A stretch of 64,000 nt of DNA from Macrostomum lignano (lineage: Eukaryota), in contig NIVC01001300.1 in the NCBI GenBank assembly GCA_002269645.1, positions 124,001-188,000 of the forward strand, written 5' to 3'. Made by a program: the position numbers and the translations under genes. A model generated the notes under the pieces. That model worked only from the letters and a program-made list of their open reading frames with translations, did not search any database and had not been told where the DNA came from. The stretch's first letter is position 1, and each line of letters begins with the position of its first letter. Shown piece by piece: positions 13,599 to 26,638 of this stretch.

Positions 13599-15673
13599 AT
13601 GCTCTACACTTTTCAGTGGGCCAATACCACCGATGAGGCCATACTGACAGCTATCGAGTTAGAGCGATCGAACCTGTACAGGCTTAGCTCAGCTGACTGG
13701 GTGGAGACAGTCCTGTACACTTTATTGATGTCGCTGGCTCTACTTGGCAACGGTTTTGTACTGGCGGTCACGGCCTGGTATCCCAGCCTGAGGCGCCGAG
13801 TCCCCGGTCTGATGTTGAACTTGGCCGCGTCCAGCCTCCTAGTGAGCTCGGTGTGCATCCCGCTGAAGCTGTCGCTCATCATTAATAAGTCTTGGCTGCT
13901 GGGAAACATTGGCTGCAAGTTGTCAGGCTTCTCTCACGGTGAGCGCTGAGGTGTTTGAGTCTTTTAACTCGTATTGCACACAATGCTGTAGGGTATTTTC
14001 AGTGCTTTCATTATTAATTTCCAGTGTTTCTAACTAGTGCCAATTAGTTTTATCTGTGAGATTCACCCTCACGCCTAAGAGTGGCTAGACCTGCATTTAT
14101 ATTAGAAACTGTAGGGTAGAGATTTGATAGGAGGTTGTATTTAGCCTAGTGGTTAGAGCGTCGCACTCACGACTTAAAGGTCCGGGGTTCGAATCTCGAC
14201 CCACCTTTGTGTCCTAGAGCAAGACACTTTAACTCTGCATTGCTTCAGTTCACCCAGCTGTAAAATGGGTGCCAGCATTAGCTGGGGCAATTGAGGGTGT
14301 CCTTGGACTGAACAGCCGTACGCAGCCTTCAGATACGCCGCGCAATAGCTGCGGCTGGGCTGTCGGTTGCACACCTGGTTGTTAGGGCAGGTTTAATCGA
14401 TTATCATTATTAATTATTATTGTAGAGATGGTAGGTAGTTTAAGTCTTGCCGTAGTGATGAGGTGCTGAATCTACAGAATCTGGTAGGGTACCCTTCCCT
14501 AGTGTGCTAAAAGAGCGTCCTAATCTAATGTCCTAATGTCTCCGATTGAAACTTACAATGAAAACTTTAGGAAAGCCTAGCAAATCAACCCATTAGAGTC
14601 ATTCGGATAAGTGAAGACTTCAGTCAGAATTTAGTCAGATTTAGGCTCAGCAAAATATTTGATGATTAAAGAAAATTCGCGTGTCTCAAAAATACGAGTA
14701 TCTCGGCAGTGCAGAAGGCAACAGGTGGTGCCAGAATGTAAGCTCGTGGTCAGCTTTTTTAGGATGAGAAAGCAAAAAAGTGAAATCCAACACATGGAAT
14801 TAGATAAAAGAGATGCCAGCAGAAAAAGAAGCATAATTTTCCAGACAAATCAAGGGTCAGCGGTCAAGTTCGCAAACCCATTGAAATAAAATTCTATTTT
14901 TGTTCTTTTTGACTGACAAAATTGTAGCCTTTGCTCTTCTGCTCAACATCTGCTCTCTGGTTGCCATGGCAATTATTCGGTCCAGAGCTGGACAGACCCA
15001 GAGCGTTTGGAACCGCCCGGTGGCCATCTGCTGGGTTGCAGCCGTCACGTTCTCCAGCCCGATGCTGTTTATCTACTCGCTGCGCACCGTTTCAATGAAG
15101 CGCCCAGCCTCCGAGGCGCTCAACCTCACGGAGGCCAGCTTCCAAACGCCGTACGCACACTGCGTCGAAGTTTGGCTAAATCAGCACATGCAAAAGTACA
15201 TTTCACTGGCGTTTCTAGCCGCCACAGGGCTGCTGCCGCTGGCCGCCATCTGCATTAGCTACAGCCTCGTGGCTAAGCGGATCCAACAGCTTACAGAACC
15301 GGACGTGCCCCTGATGGCGATGGGAACTCGCCCGGAGATAGTCCTACCAGTGCAAGACACGGCTATTGTCAGACGGAACAAAGCGCTAAGAACAGTCGCT
15401 GTGCTGGTTGGCTGTTTCATAATCTGCTGGCTACCTAAAGAGTTGCTGGTGGTTCTTGCCGATTTTCTGCTGCCGAGTAAGCCGGAACTTGCCAGTCAGC
15501 TGATCAAGTTGCTGCCGTACTTCAACCTGCTGGTCTACCTGCACGCGGCCGCATCGGGCGGTCTGTACTGCTGTCTGAATACGGCATTTAGAGCCCGGAT
15601 TAAGCGGCTGTTTTGCCACGCCAGGCAGCAGATTTTAACTCAAGAACAGCGACTGGATCGCAATATCGATTGA
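13599..15673 (+). CDS. Rhodopsin-class (family A) peptide-receptor-like GPCR, 361 aa, 2 exons
   Basis: Exon 1 13599-13938 (N-glycosylation site NTT, TM1 LALLGNGFV, TM2 NLAAS, WLLGNIGCK; donor CACG|gtgagc). Exon 2 14928-15673 (ttgtag|CC; TM3-TM7, CVEVW in ECL2, TM6 FIICWLP). Total 1086 nt, in frame. Confidence 0.88.
14131..14420 (+). mobile_element. tRNA-derived CORE-type SINE in the GPCR intron
   Basis: A-box-like agcctagtggttagagcg and B-box-like ggttcgaatctc, then gagcaagacactttaactctgcattgcttcagttcacccagctgtaaaatgggt (resembles the MIR CORE domain), ending in an ATT-rich tail. Near-identical copy at 19169. Confidence 0.85.
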
Positions 15674-16428
15674 GCTCCGTCCGAGACCGCGAATACCTGA
15701 TTCGATAGTTTAGTATACGAGACTTAACTATGGTTTAAATTGCATTAGTATTCTCCTAAACTTAAAGTTCTCCTGTGCTCCCTGGCATGGGTCTTCAAGG
15801 TCATTAGTTGGTTTAAAGTTCATGAGCAAACGCATGTACCCTGTACGTCCGGGTATGCGCAAAGGGTGCACGTTAATTATTGAAACCATTAACACTCGCT
15901 TACACCGGTGCACGTAGCACGTTTCATGTGTCCGGAACGCATCTATTTGTCTTTGTACGTTTTTTGAAGTTGTTATTTTACCCCCTGTAATTGTGTTCAG
16001 AGCTTTATTGATACTTAGGCCGTCTACTTCAGTAATTTTTTTCTAAATTAAGCTTCTTTCGTGCGTTTTTTAGCTTTTATCGTTGTGCGAGTTCACATGT
16101 ACGTCGCTTTGAGTTGCTCTGTTCAATGTTTCATCTATTTAATATACCATTGAGCAGGCTTACAACCTGCTTAAATGCTTCAATGCAAAACAGAAAAATA
16201 GTGTGGTCCATATAAGTCACTCATTATTGATTCATTAAACTATTTTATTATAGCGGGAAGAAACCCACAGAGTAAGAAGCAGAAATTCAATCGAAACGGA
16301 GAGTCAGGTTTGCATAGAAATGGAGACTGACGAAGAAGAGTCAGAGAGTGACGGAGACTCAAATAGTGACGGAGACTCAAAGAGTGATGAAGACTTAGGG
16401 AGTTACGGAGGCTCAGAGAGTGACGGAG

Positions 16429-16787
<359 letters not shown>

Positions 16788-17159
16788 TGCCAGAGAGTCA
16801 AACAAAAGTCAGCTAAGAGGAGAGTCAGGTGGAGAAGTGGGATAGGCAGGCAGAGTCCCGACTCAGCCATGAACTAAGAATGAGGAAAAACTGATACCAA
16901 TCTGAAGACAAACCGGCCATATTCTGAGCTATGCAACGACATAGTTAGTCTGTTAGATGAGAATTTTATACCTATCAATGCTTTGCTTCTAAGTGCCAAT
17001 TATGAGAGCAGTTTTTATTTCGTGAAGATCATGAAAATTCTGGTCAGTTATGAGATTTGTTGAGCATAGATGTAGCAGGTATTGTAACATCACACATTTT
17101 TCAGTGATTACACTGTAAGTAGTTGCGTAGTTGGGCAATCCGAGATTTTAAAAATTTCC

Positions 17160-18180
17160 ATTTCCTAATTTAGTGTTCACTTCGTAATTTGGAATCCATT
17201 TCCTAATTTGGTGTTTATTTGTTAATTTGGTGTCCGTATTTCCTAATTTGGTGTTTATTTGTTAATTTGGTGTCCGTATTTCCTAATTTGGTGTTTATTT
17301 GTTAATTTGGTGTCCGTATTTCCTAATTTGGTGTTTATTTGTTAATTTAGTGTCCGTATTTCCTAATTTGGTGTTTATTTGCTAATTTGGGGTTTATTTG
17401 CTAATTTGGTGTTTATTTGCTAATTTGGTGTTTATTTGCTAATTTGGTGTTTATTTGCTAATTTGGTGTTTATTTGCTAATTTGGTGTCCCTATTTCCTA
17501 ATTTGGTGTCCTTATTTCCTAATTTGGTGTCCTTATTTCCTAATTTGGTGTCCCTATTTCCTAATTTGGTGTGACTATTTCCTAATTTGGTGTCCTTATT
17601 TCCTAATTTGGTGTGACTATTTCCTAATTTGGTGTCCTTATTTCCTAATTTGGTGTGACTATTTCCTAATTTGGTGTCCCTATTTCCTAATTTGGTGTGA
17701 CTATTTGCTAATTTGGTGTCCCTATTTCCTAATTTGGTGTGACTATTTCCTAATTTGGTGTCCCTATTTCCTAATTTGGTGTGACTATTTCCTAATTTGG
17801 TGTCCTTATTTCCTAATTTGGTGTTTATTTGCTAATTTGGTGTCCTTATTTCCTAATTTGGTCTCCTTATTTCCTAATTTGGTGTTTATTTCCTAATTTG
17901 GTGTCCCTATTTCCTAATTTGGTGTGACTATTTCCTAATTTGGTGTGACTATTTCCTAATTTGGTGTCCCTATTTCCTAATTTGGTGTGACTATTTCCTA
18001 ATTTGGTGTCCCTATTTCCTAATTTGGTGTCCTTATTTCCTAATTTGGTGTGACTATTTCCTAATTTGGTGTCCCTATTTCCTAATTTGGTGTGACTATT
18101 TCCTAATTTGGTGTCCCTATTTCCTAATTTGGTGTCCGTTTCCGAATATGGAGTCCTTTTTCTTAATTTGGTGTCAATTT
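17160..18180. repeat. 21-bp minisatellite (atttcctaatttggtgtccct)n, decaying copies to ~18600
   Basis: Directly visible; LIWCPYF 7-aa periodicity. Confidence 0.95.
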
Positions 18181-19168
18181 CCCAACTGTGAAGTCTAGAT
18201 TTGCGTGCCTAGAAAGGTGGCCTCTGTATGGCTTTGTTAACTCAATATATTTATTGTTCAATATTTTGGGGTGGGGTGAATCGATGCGCGATTGGTCGAT
18301 AACTGGTAAACAAGTTTCAAAGGCGAGAGAATGAGTCATGAATAATAATGTGGGGCAGAGAGAGCCTACACTAACTTGGTGTCAATTTTCTAATTTGGTG
18401 TCCTAACTTCCTAATTTGGTATCGATTTCCTAATTTGCTGTTTACTTTCTAATTTAGTGTCCTTATTTTTTTAATTTGGTATTCATTTCCCAATTTGGTA
18501 ATAATTACGTAATTTGGTATTCAGTTCCTAATTTGTGTTCATTTACTAATTTGGTGCCCCTTTACCTAATTAGGTCTTCATTTCAGAATTTGGTGTCCCC
18601 ATTTTCTAGTTCAAAACATTTTTCAAATGCCGACTATCATGTTTCAAATTTACATGTAGATCCATGTACTAAAAATAGCTCGTACTTACTAAATTAGAAT
18701 ATTTGGTGAACTTAAACTCCTGTCGAATTAAAACGAGCCGAAGCATCTGTCAGTTTTGTATCAGCAACAGACTGTTGTTGAACACGCACTCGCGGATGCT
18801 CTTTTGTAAGCGCTTTCGGCTTTGATGAGCAGTTTGGCTCGACGAATTTCGGCTTAGAAAAAAGATTTGAAAATCGAAATGCAACTTTCAATTGTAGAAA
18901 AATGCGACGGTACGCTCGTAGTCCTTTGTTAGCTCAGACGAGAGGTTGGCCTTTCTTTGAACTCAAGTCTGATCGTCGGGCTCTCAAAATCACGTGCTCC
19001 GCCTCCGTGAATGCGCTTTTTGAACTCAGTCAGACAAACGCTCTACCGCCGCCTGTAGGCAATTTTTCATTTATGATTTTACTAATTAGATTGCTTGCGG
19101 AACTATGTTAATTTTTAATTGTCTCTACTCAAAGCATCGACGAAATACGAGTATTACAGTCTTATGCC

Positions 19169-19480
19169 GGGGTTGTAGCCTTGAGGTTAGAGCATCGGAC
19201 TCACGACTGTAGGTCGGGGGTTCGGTTCTCGACCCCACTCGGAACAATTTGTGTCAATTGAGCAAGACACTTGACTCTGCATTGCTTCAGTTCACCCAGC
19301 TGTAAAATGGGTGCCAGCATTAGCTGGGGTAATTGAGGGTGTGTGGCGACCCTCCCAGTCCTTGGACTGAACAGCCGTACGCAGCCTTCAGATACGCCGC
19401 GCAATAGCTGCGGCTGAGCTGTCGGTTGCACATCTGGCCATTAGGGCAGGTGTAATTAAATATTATTTATCATTATTAGT
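19169..19480 (+). mobile_element. Full-length CORE-type tRNA SINE
   Basis: ggggttgtagcc…ggttagagcatcggactcacga…ggttcggttctcgacccc head, CORE-like middle, shared 3' body and ATT tail; closely matches 14131-14420. Confidence 0.87.
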
Positions 19481-21574
19481 ATGGTCTTAAATATAGTCCG
19501 AGAAATAGAAAATACCTCAGTAGTTGGATTTCTTAAAATTCTAATAATAGTACTAATATTTGCCAATTATAACTGCAGTAAATTTGCAGTAACGTCGCTA
19601 CCTGCTAGTGACGTTGTGCGGGAGCAAATTTCCTCTTTTTATGCTTGGCTTCGACATAAATTTGTCGAACTGAAAAGTCTGAGGCGACATAAATTGTCGT
19701 AAAGGCGAAATTCACTTTGATCACGCAGCCTTGACTCGAATTAGGCATCGTGTAACAGTCGTCACGCATTAAATATGCAATCATCTCATCTATCAATCAA
19801 GATTTTATTGGAATTCATAAGCCATTTCTAAAATTATTACCTTTCTTACCTTATGTGTGATCCTAAGAGACTTAACAACTACCCGCTCCCAACTGACGTG
19901 AAAATTCGACTTTAATATTTTTCTATTGACCCATCGCGTTAACTCATTATCAACCGCGGAAGGTAAAATAAGTGAATACATGATCGGAGCACTGTACAGT
20001 ACCGGGACGGTTGTATGTAGTCAGGAGTCAACGGTACCTTACCGCTGTTTGTTGGACGATGTCGCTGATGTTGCACGGTGCTCACAAACTTCCTGCGAAA
20101 AATTATATATTTTATCAGGGTCAGACACATCACGTGTGTGTGCACCTGCTATGGAATCGGCTGAAACCTTCAAGTGAAAGTATATGATTTGCAATCTTTA
20201 AGTTCAGAGAAAATATATATTATTGATTCCGTTCTATATAACTGAAGGTCAGGGTTAGCTGTTTTTTTGTTTTTATTTGAGTACTAAGAATTGCCTGGGC
20301 CAGGAGATTAATAGTGTTGGGGGGGAGGGTGAAATCTGTAGCCTTTTTACGAGACTGAAAACAACTGTTCACCCTTTTCCGTAAAGCGCGTTTACTTGCA
20401 TCCGCATCAAAGCAATGCAAATCAAGTTTTTTAAAGATAATCTAAAATGACTCTAAGCGCTGTATCAAGGTCGTGATGACCAAAAATCATCAATTAGTGT
20501 TTTAACCAATTCCAATTAAAGAACAATTGAAGAACATCGACTCTTATGTTGAGGTGATGTAGGCTTTAAAAATGCGTTTTTTTGCAAAAAAAGTTTTTTT
20601 CAGCATTTTTGAAGAATTCTGATCATAACATAGACAAGTGGCCTCCTTTGCTGACAGTTCACGGCATATTATTGCAACAAAAATGCGAAAGTGAGTTTAT
20701 ATGCCAAGACTGATTTCCTTTTGGCTGTCAATCCCTTGAAAAAAATTACTAAGTAGTTAACGAGAGTGATTCTACACGATTACATGTGTAAAAAACATTT
20801 TATTTAACCTGGAAACTGTAATTTTTTGTTTTTCTTAGTCAAAGTCACACGATTGCGAGCACGAAAATTTCCAATTTACAGCGTAGCCTTTATCCTTCTG
20901 TCTAAATCTTGTTTATAGGAAAATGCCTACCCAAGACACTAAGTGCAGCGCTTTGCGGATAAATGATGACAAACGAAACTGGACGTTGGGTATGAATGGA
21001 ATATACGCAAATTTAAATCTCTTAGCTGATTTAGCTCATCTGTTTGATTTCCCAGTGGGCCCAGTATTCTCCTCTGTTTTTTTGGGACACTATTGCAGTT
21101 TTACACCTTGATTAGTAGAACTGATATCCTTTGATCTGCGTTCTAAAGGGTTTCTAGTTGACGACAACTTATTAAAAAGAATAATACGCTCCTAATGTTT
21201 TTTATGTCTTATGTTTGTACATGTAAATGCTTACAAGCGAAAGAAGTATAAAGAATTAATGAATAAACTGTTTGGAAGCACTCTAGTATCACATTTTACC
21301 TTAAAAACTCGTTCATCCTATTAAAAGAGCAAACCAGTTTATTAAATTTGATGGATTTATAAAAATGATTTTTTTCAGGATATGCTGTAACTTAAATAGC
21401 CTTGAGATCCTTGATTAATTACTCAAGCGTAGGCGATCAGTGATTAACTGGAGTGTTATTCGATTCAGTTGATTATAAATCAAAAATTTTTTTTTCAATT
21501 TTAGTAAAAGAACGTTTATTCCTTTTTCAGTGCAACTTCTATACATTTTTTAGTTATTCTGTTGTTCACAAGTT

Positions 21575-22245
21575 CAGTCATCTTGACTTAGTTGACTTAG
21601 CTTCAGGGCTGTCCTGGAGGGACGCAACGTGAAGGCGTGGGCGCCCATTCCGCTAATCCCTGAACGGCCGACGCGTCGCTATGGACGAAGAGTTGGCGCC
21701 GCCCAGGGAGGTCCCCCAGTGTCGCCAGCAGCTATGATGCTCTCTGAAAGGGCGAGTTCAGCCCTGCGGGTGGCCCGGAGGTAGCGCATGAGCTGATTAA
21801 AATTGTCGGGTTCGACGCTTCAGTAATTGATGTGTGTGGCTCGAGTCTGGCTCGCATGAAGGCGGGACAGATTCTGACGAAATGTTCAGCGGTTTCGTCA
21901 CCTGAGTTTCAGAAACTACAGTTGGCGCTGGTGGTATTGCCCTGCAGGTACTGGTGCCTGGAGAAGCAGCCGTGACCCGAGAGGGTCATGGTAGCAGCCC
22001 GGATGTCTCTTCGCGAGAGGCGCAGGAGGAGCTTCCGGAGCTGGTGAGAGGGCTGAGGGACAGCGCCTCTGGATTGCCTGCCGGTAGTGCAGTTCGCCCA
22101 AGCTGAGCGGTGCTGGGTCCTGATCCACGCCTTGATGCGCGAGTCGATGACAGCCGGGAATCGGGACAATGGGTTCAGGCTCGAGAGAGGAGCCGAAGGC
22201 GCCAACTTTTACAAGGGCGTCAGCTAACTCATTCCCACTTAAGGG
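21575..22245 (-). mobile_element. 5'-truncated, decayed non-LTR retrotransposon 3' end (LOA/R1/I-group-like)
   Basis: Minus strand: RNase H tail GNELADALVKVGA…EPEP, frameshift, then LLRLSRRDIRAATMTLSGHGCF…CSF*NSGDETAEHFVRICPAF (CCHC knuckle, second Cys codon mutated to TGA). Short tandem 3' tail (ctaagtcaa)2. Confidence 0.8.
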
Positions 22246-23044
22246 TAATTTTGTTGGTGGAGCCCAACATTTTGAGGAGTCCATCAAAAAATTGTCCATC
22301 TTTTCGTAGAAGTTTTATTTCGGAATCACTATAGTGTCCAGCTATGTGGGTCGATTCTAGCAAATGATTTAACAAGTTCTTGATCTTATTGAAAATTTTC
22401 TAATTTTATTGACTTCGAATATCAAATAACATAATTATTTGCTGTTGATAGTATATTACCAATAATCTGTATTTCATAGCATTATGACAAAAGGAAAGTT
22501 AGCTCAAAATCCAAGTTTTTTCTCTTGTGATTAAAATACAGATTAGAATTTTCAAACGATAGAAATCTGCTGCTTCTAAAGAAATAACTTTTTATTTTAG
22601 TTTCAGCTGGTGTCGCAGAGCTTTGGAGCCAAAAATACACTACATTTCGGTAGTGCAATTTGTATGAAGTAGAGCATATTACAGTAGCTCGCTAGAAGGT
22701 TTTCAAATATCTATTTAGCATTTTAAATTAATCCTCAATAGGTTTTAAGGCGCGCTATTTAGAAAGCTATTAATTGACATTAAACAGTGTACGGTCAGTG
22801 ACTTAATATTAAAACATTTTCAATTGTCAGAGATTATTAACAATATAAGAAGTTCACTTTTAAGAAGTGACATTAATGATTATCAACTTCCTGACATCGC
22901 AATAATCTGGCGCCAATATTGAATGTAAAACACGCTCTTTCAAGTAGATCCGGTCTCCAGTAGGTACAATTTTACTACGCTTCGTTTGTTGAAACTATTT
23001 TTACAGCATAAAACTTACTTTGATTAAATAGTCCAGATGAAGCG

Positions 23045-26000
23045 CTAAAACAGTTTATAGAGCAGTAAAACTGAAAACGCAGCAGAAGCCTTGCTCGCCA
23101 GCGTGACCGACGCTGTCGAAGTAGCCAGAACAGGCTCCGGGCCCGGCGCTGGGGCCGGCTTCCGCTTCTCCGCCGCGGCTGCCAACTCCTCCTCAGTCGG
23201 CATCTCCATCCGAAACGGGCCGTTGAATGTCTGGGCACTGCTTTCGCCCAGCTTCTGCGCTGATAGGTCGCGCCTGCGACGACGTCCAACAGCACTGCCG
23301 CAGACCTGGTCGCAGGTGTCTGATGTGTCGCCCTCCGAGCAGATTGTCACGTTGCTGTACACGTAGATAGGCGTACTGCTGGGTATGAGCGTGAACGACA
23401 TGACTTGGAAGATTATTCCAACAGTCTTTGAGTCCCACTGGAAGATGGTCGTTGTCCCAGTACTTGCGCATTTGTCCTTCACTAGGAAATATGTAGAACC
23501 TGTGCCATCGTTCCTGTTCGTGGCCCAGCAGCTGTTCACCACAAGGCGCAAATTCAGCGGGCTGGTCACTTGCACTCTCACATAGACTTTGGTGCCAACG
23601 ACCAGCCTTGAGCCTGGCGTTATCTCATTCCTAAAGTTTCCGCTCATGTAGTCACGGAAGATTCGAACTTCGGACGTGTAAGAGTCACCGCTCTCTACTG
23701 GTGGGACCGTCCGAGCGTCTGGCACGAGTGCGGCCGTCACGTCGCTGGCTTTTGGGATCGCGCAAACGATTTGCATGACGTAGGGCGTGTCCAGATACAC
23801 TCCGCCAACCATGGTGACATTCTTGTACAGACTCGATGTGTAGGTCACGTGGGTTGTGTTTGTGGATTGTACGCTGTTGCATCCCATGTATGGTATGATT
23901 GCCCATACATTGGAGCCATTTTGTCCGACTGTGAAGTTGCACGTGGCTGCATTATAAGTTCCAGCTAGGCTAAGCAGCCACGATGCGGGTACGTCGGCAA
24001 TGGAGAAGTACACAAAAGCTTGGTAGTTGCGGCACTGAACTGTTGGTCGCGGCACCGGCGGCGCAGTGAGGGAAACCGGAGCGCAACGCACCGTGACAGC
24101 TCTGGCCTGAGAGCAGGAGGCGGATGCCACGCCCCAGCCATTGTGCGTGCAGTCGTTGGTGCTGGTGGCACCAGCCGGGCAAGACAGCCCCGACAGCATC
24201 ACCGGATAGGCTAGGGCCACGGTTCGGTACAGACCCGTCATCCCGATTGCATTCGTCGTGCTGGAGGGTAAAAAAAACTTGCAAATTTAATCATGTTTCA
24301 CAAGGGGCTAGCTGTGGTAAATTCGTTTCTATTTTGTTAAGTCCATCAACTCCATCGGCTGACAGACCAGCTGATTAAGTTTATAATATACTGAATGTTT
24401 AGCTTGTACATCCTACTCTGTCCCATTCTCTTTTATCTTTCCGCGTGTCATCGGTTTATACAAAAATAAGGATTTTAACACCGTTTTGTGGTACATGAAA
24501 AGTAGCATATTTTAACTTCAAAAAAGCTTACGCATTCTGGCAGAGCATACGACAAAACATGGTTGCTTCGTTCACTCCGAATCCGGCTGCACAAACGCTG
24601 CCAAAGTTGGTACCAGTGGCGTTCTGAATCAGCACAATGCCCTCGGTCGGCCCCGGCTCAAGCCGCAGGTTGGTGACGTTGCTGTCGCACACGGTTGGCG
24701 CCACAGTCGCCATGTTCGGCGTCACAGTAGACGCAGGAGCGCCTGTTGTCAGCCTGCCCGTACAGATCACAGCAACGTCGTTGCTTCGATTGTAACACGT
24801 GGGTGGCAGATTTGGGCGCACAACGTAACTGCAGGCTGTATTCAGATCCCACGTGCTGGGGGAACCTGGCTGGAAGGTGGTAATAATATAAGGTGGTAAT
24901 TTGCAGGCAGTCAGTCAGTCAGTCAGTCAGTCAGTCAGTCGTCAGTCAGTCAGTCAGTCAGTCAGTCAGTCAGTCAGTCAGTCAGTCAGTCAGTCAGTCA
25001 GTCAGTCAGTCAGTCAGTCAGTCAGTCAGTCAGTCAGTCAGTCAGTCAGTCAGTCAGTCAGTCAGTCAGTCAGTCAGTCAGTCAGTCAGTCAGTCAGTCA
25101 GTCAGTCAGTCAGTCAGTCAGTCAGTCAGTCAGTCAGTCAGTCAGTCAGTCAGTCAGTCAGTCAGTCAGTCAGTCAGTCAGTCAGTCAGTCAGTCAGTCA
25201 GTCAGTCAGTCAGTCAGTCAGTCAGTCAGTCAGTCAGTCAGTCAGTCAGTCAGTCAGTCAGTCAGTCAGTCAGTCAGTCAGTCAGTCAGTCAGTCAGTCA
25301 GTCAGTCAGTCAGTCAGTCAGTCAGTCAGTCAGTCAGTCAGTCAGTCAGTCAGTCAGTCAGTCAGTCAGTCAGTCAGTCAGTCAGTCAGTCAGTCAGTCA
25401 GTCAGTCAGTCAGTCAGTCAGTCAGTCAGCCAGTCAGTCAGTCAGTCCGTCGGTCAGTCAGTCAGCACAACCAGTCGTGGCAATAACAAAGTTGGTGTTC
25501 CCAGTTGTTACAATCGGCGTTGGGATTCTGTAACCAACAATGCCTCTGTAGCCAAGCATGGCACAGATCACTGATGGGGCATTGTTGTCCAGGCCAGAGT
25601 CGCAGTAGCGTCCAACGGAGCCGTCGCTCATGGTCACCTCGACCACGCCTTCTGTTCCGGACAGACCAGACGGGCCGACAAGTCGGACACTCACCGGAGT
25701 CTGGGCGAGCGCGGCTTCAAAGAGGAAATAAAACAAATAAATTATTAATTGGCAGTCATTCTAGTACGGTGATCCCTGAGCAAGTACAAAAGGATGTGCA
25801 GGAGTCCAATCTTTCACATCAGCAACCAACCCTCCTAAACTTGTTGATTGACCCTTCATCGGCTTATATGGCGAAAATTATTGTCACCAATTAAGTACGG
25901 AATCGAAAAAGGTGCGTGTGTACTTTAGAAGTCGGACGCGTTGCCGCTCAGCTACACTGTAAACAACACCGAAAGTATTATTTTTCGATATATATCGCGA

Positions 26001-26638
26001 AACTAACGTTTCACACAGCGTGTTCGCCTGCAGGAAATGTTCTTCTTGACTTGAATAAGACAATCTGGACTTAAAGAGACAATAATAGCTATTTGGTGGG
26101 TAAAAAAGTTGAACTCTGATTTTTGATGCTTAAAATCAAGTAAGAGCCACATATTACCAAAACGCTGAAAAATAAAAAGCTACAAGAAAAGCTACATTGT
26201 TGGTCAATCATCATTTATTTTGGCTGAGGACCTGAGATTTTCGTTATTTTCTTATACTTGAATATCTACGTCGAAATTTTTATCGCAACTGGGCAAGTCG
26301 TTTGACAATTTTATGAGTATTCAACAAATTAGAGACAACAAATTCAACACATGCCTCAAATCTAGCGGTTCTATTGAGCATGTAGAGCCATTAACAAACG
26401 ACAGCTAATGTTACTTAATCTGCACTTCCGCTATCGAACATCTTGACAGTGACATATATTTTTACATTTTCGAGCCTTCAAAAATTCTTAGAAACAAAGT
26501 TTTCCGTACTAATTTTTAACTTGTCATTGGGTCTTACATATTCGACTGAAAATTAATACGACAAGGGTGTAAATTGGTTGAAAACTTACCAGAGCCAAGC
26601 AAAAGCAGCAGAAAGCACCCAACTACAGGTGACTGCAT
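23045..26638 (-). CDS. Secreted or GPI-type protein: signal peptide, 2 SRCR domains, ZP domain, furin site, hydrophobic C-terminus (DMBT1/uromodulin-like architecture), ~614 aa
   Basis: Exons 26638-26590 (MQSPVVGCFLLLLLGS), 25714-25469 or 25472 (VRLVGPSG…EGVVEV…C; donor ambiguous), 24865-24532 and 24260-23045 (ZP cysteine pattern; CWAT, RRRRD furin site, AAFSVLLLYKLF*). GT-AG junctions are phase-compatible. Confidence 0.85.
24907..25465. repeat. (GTCA)n microsatellite filling intron 2 of the SRCR-ZP gene; (CTGA)n on the sense strand
   Basis: ~555 bp of near-perfect repeat. Confidence 0.98.

Noticed and set aside
14131-14205. Apparent tRNA gene (also at 19169, 53190 and 57931)
   Set aside because: A- and B-box heads run directly into a shared SINE body, and no complete acceptor stem is evident.
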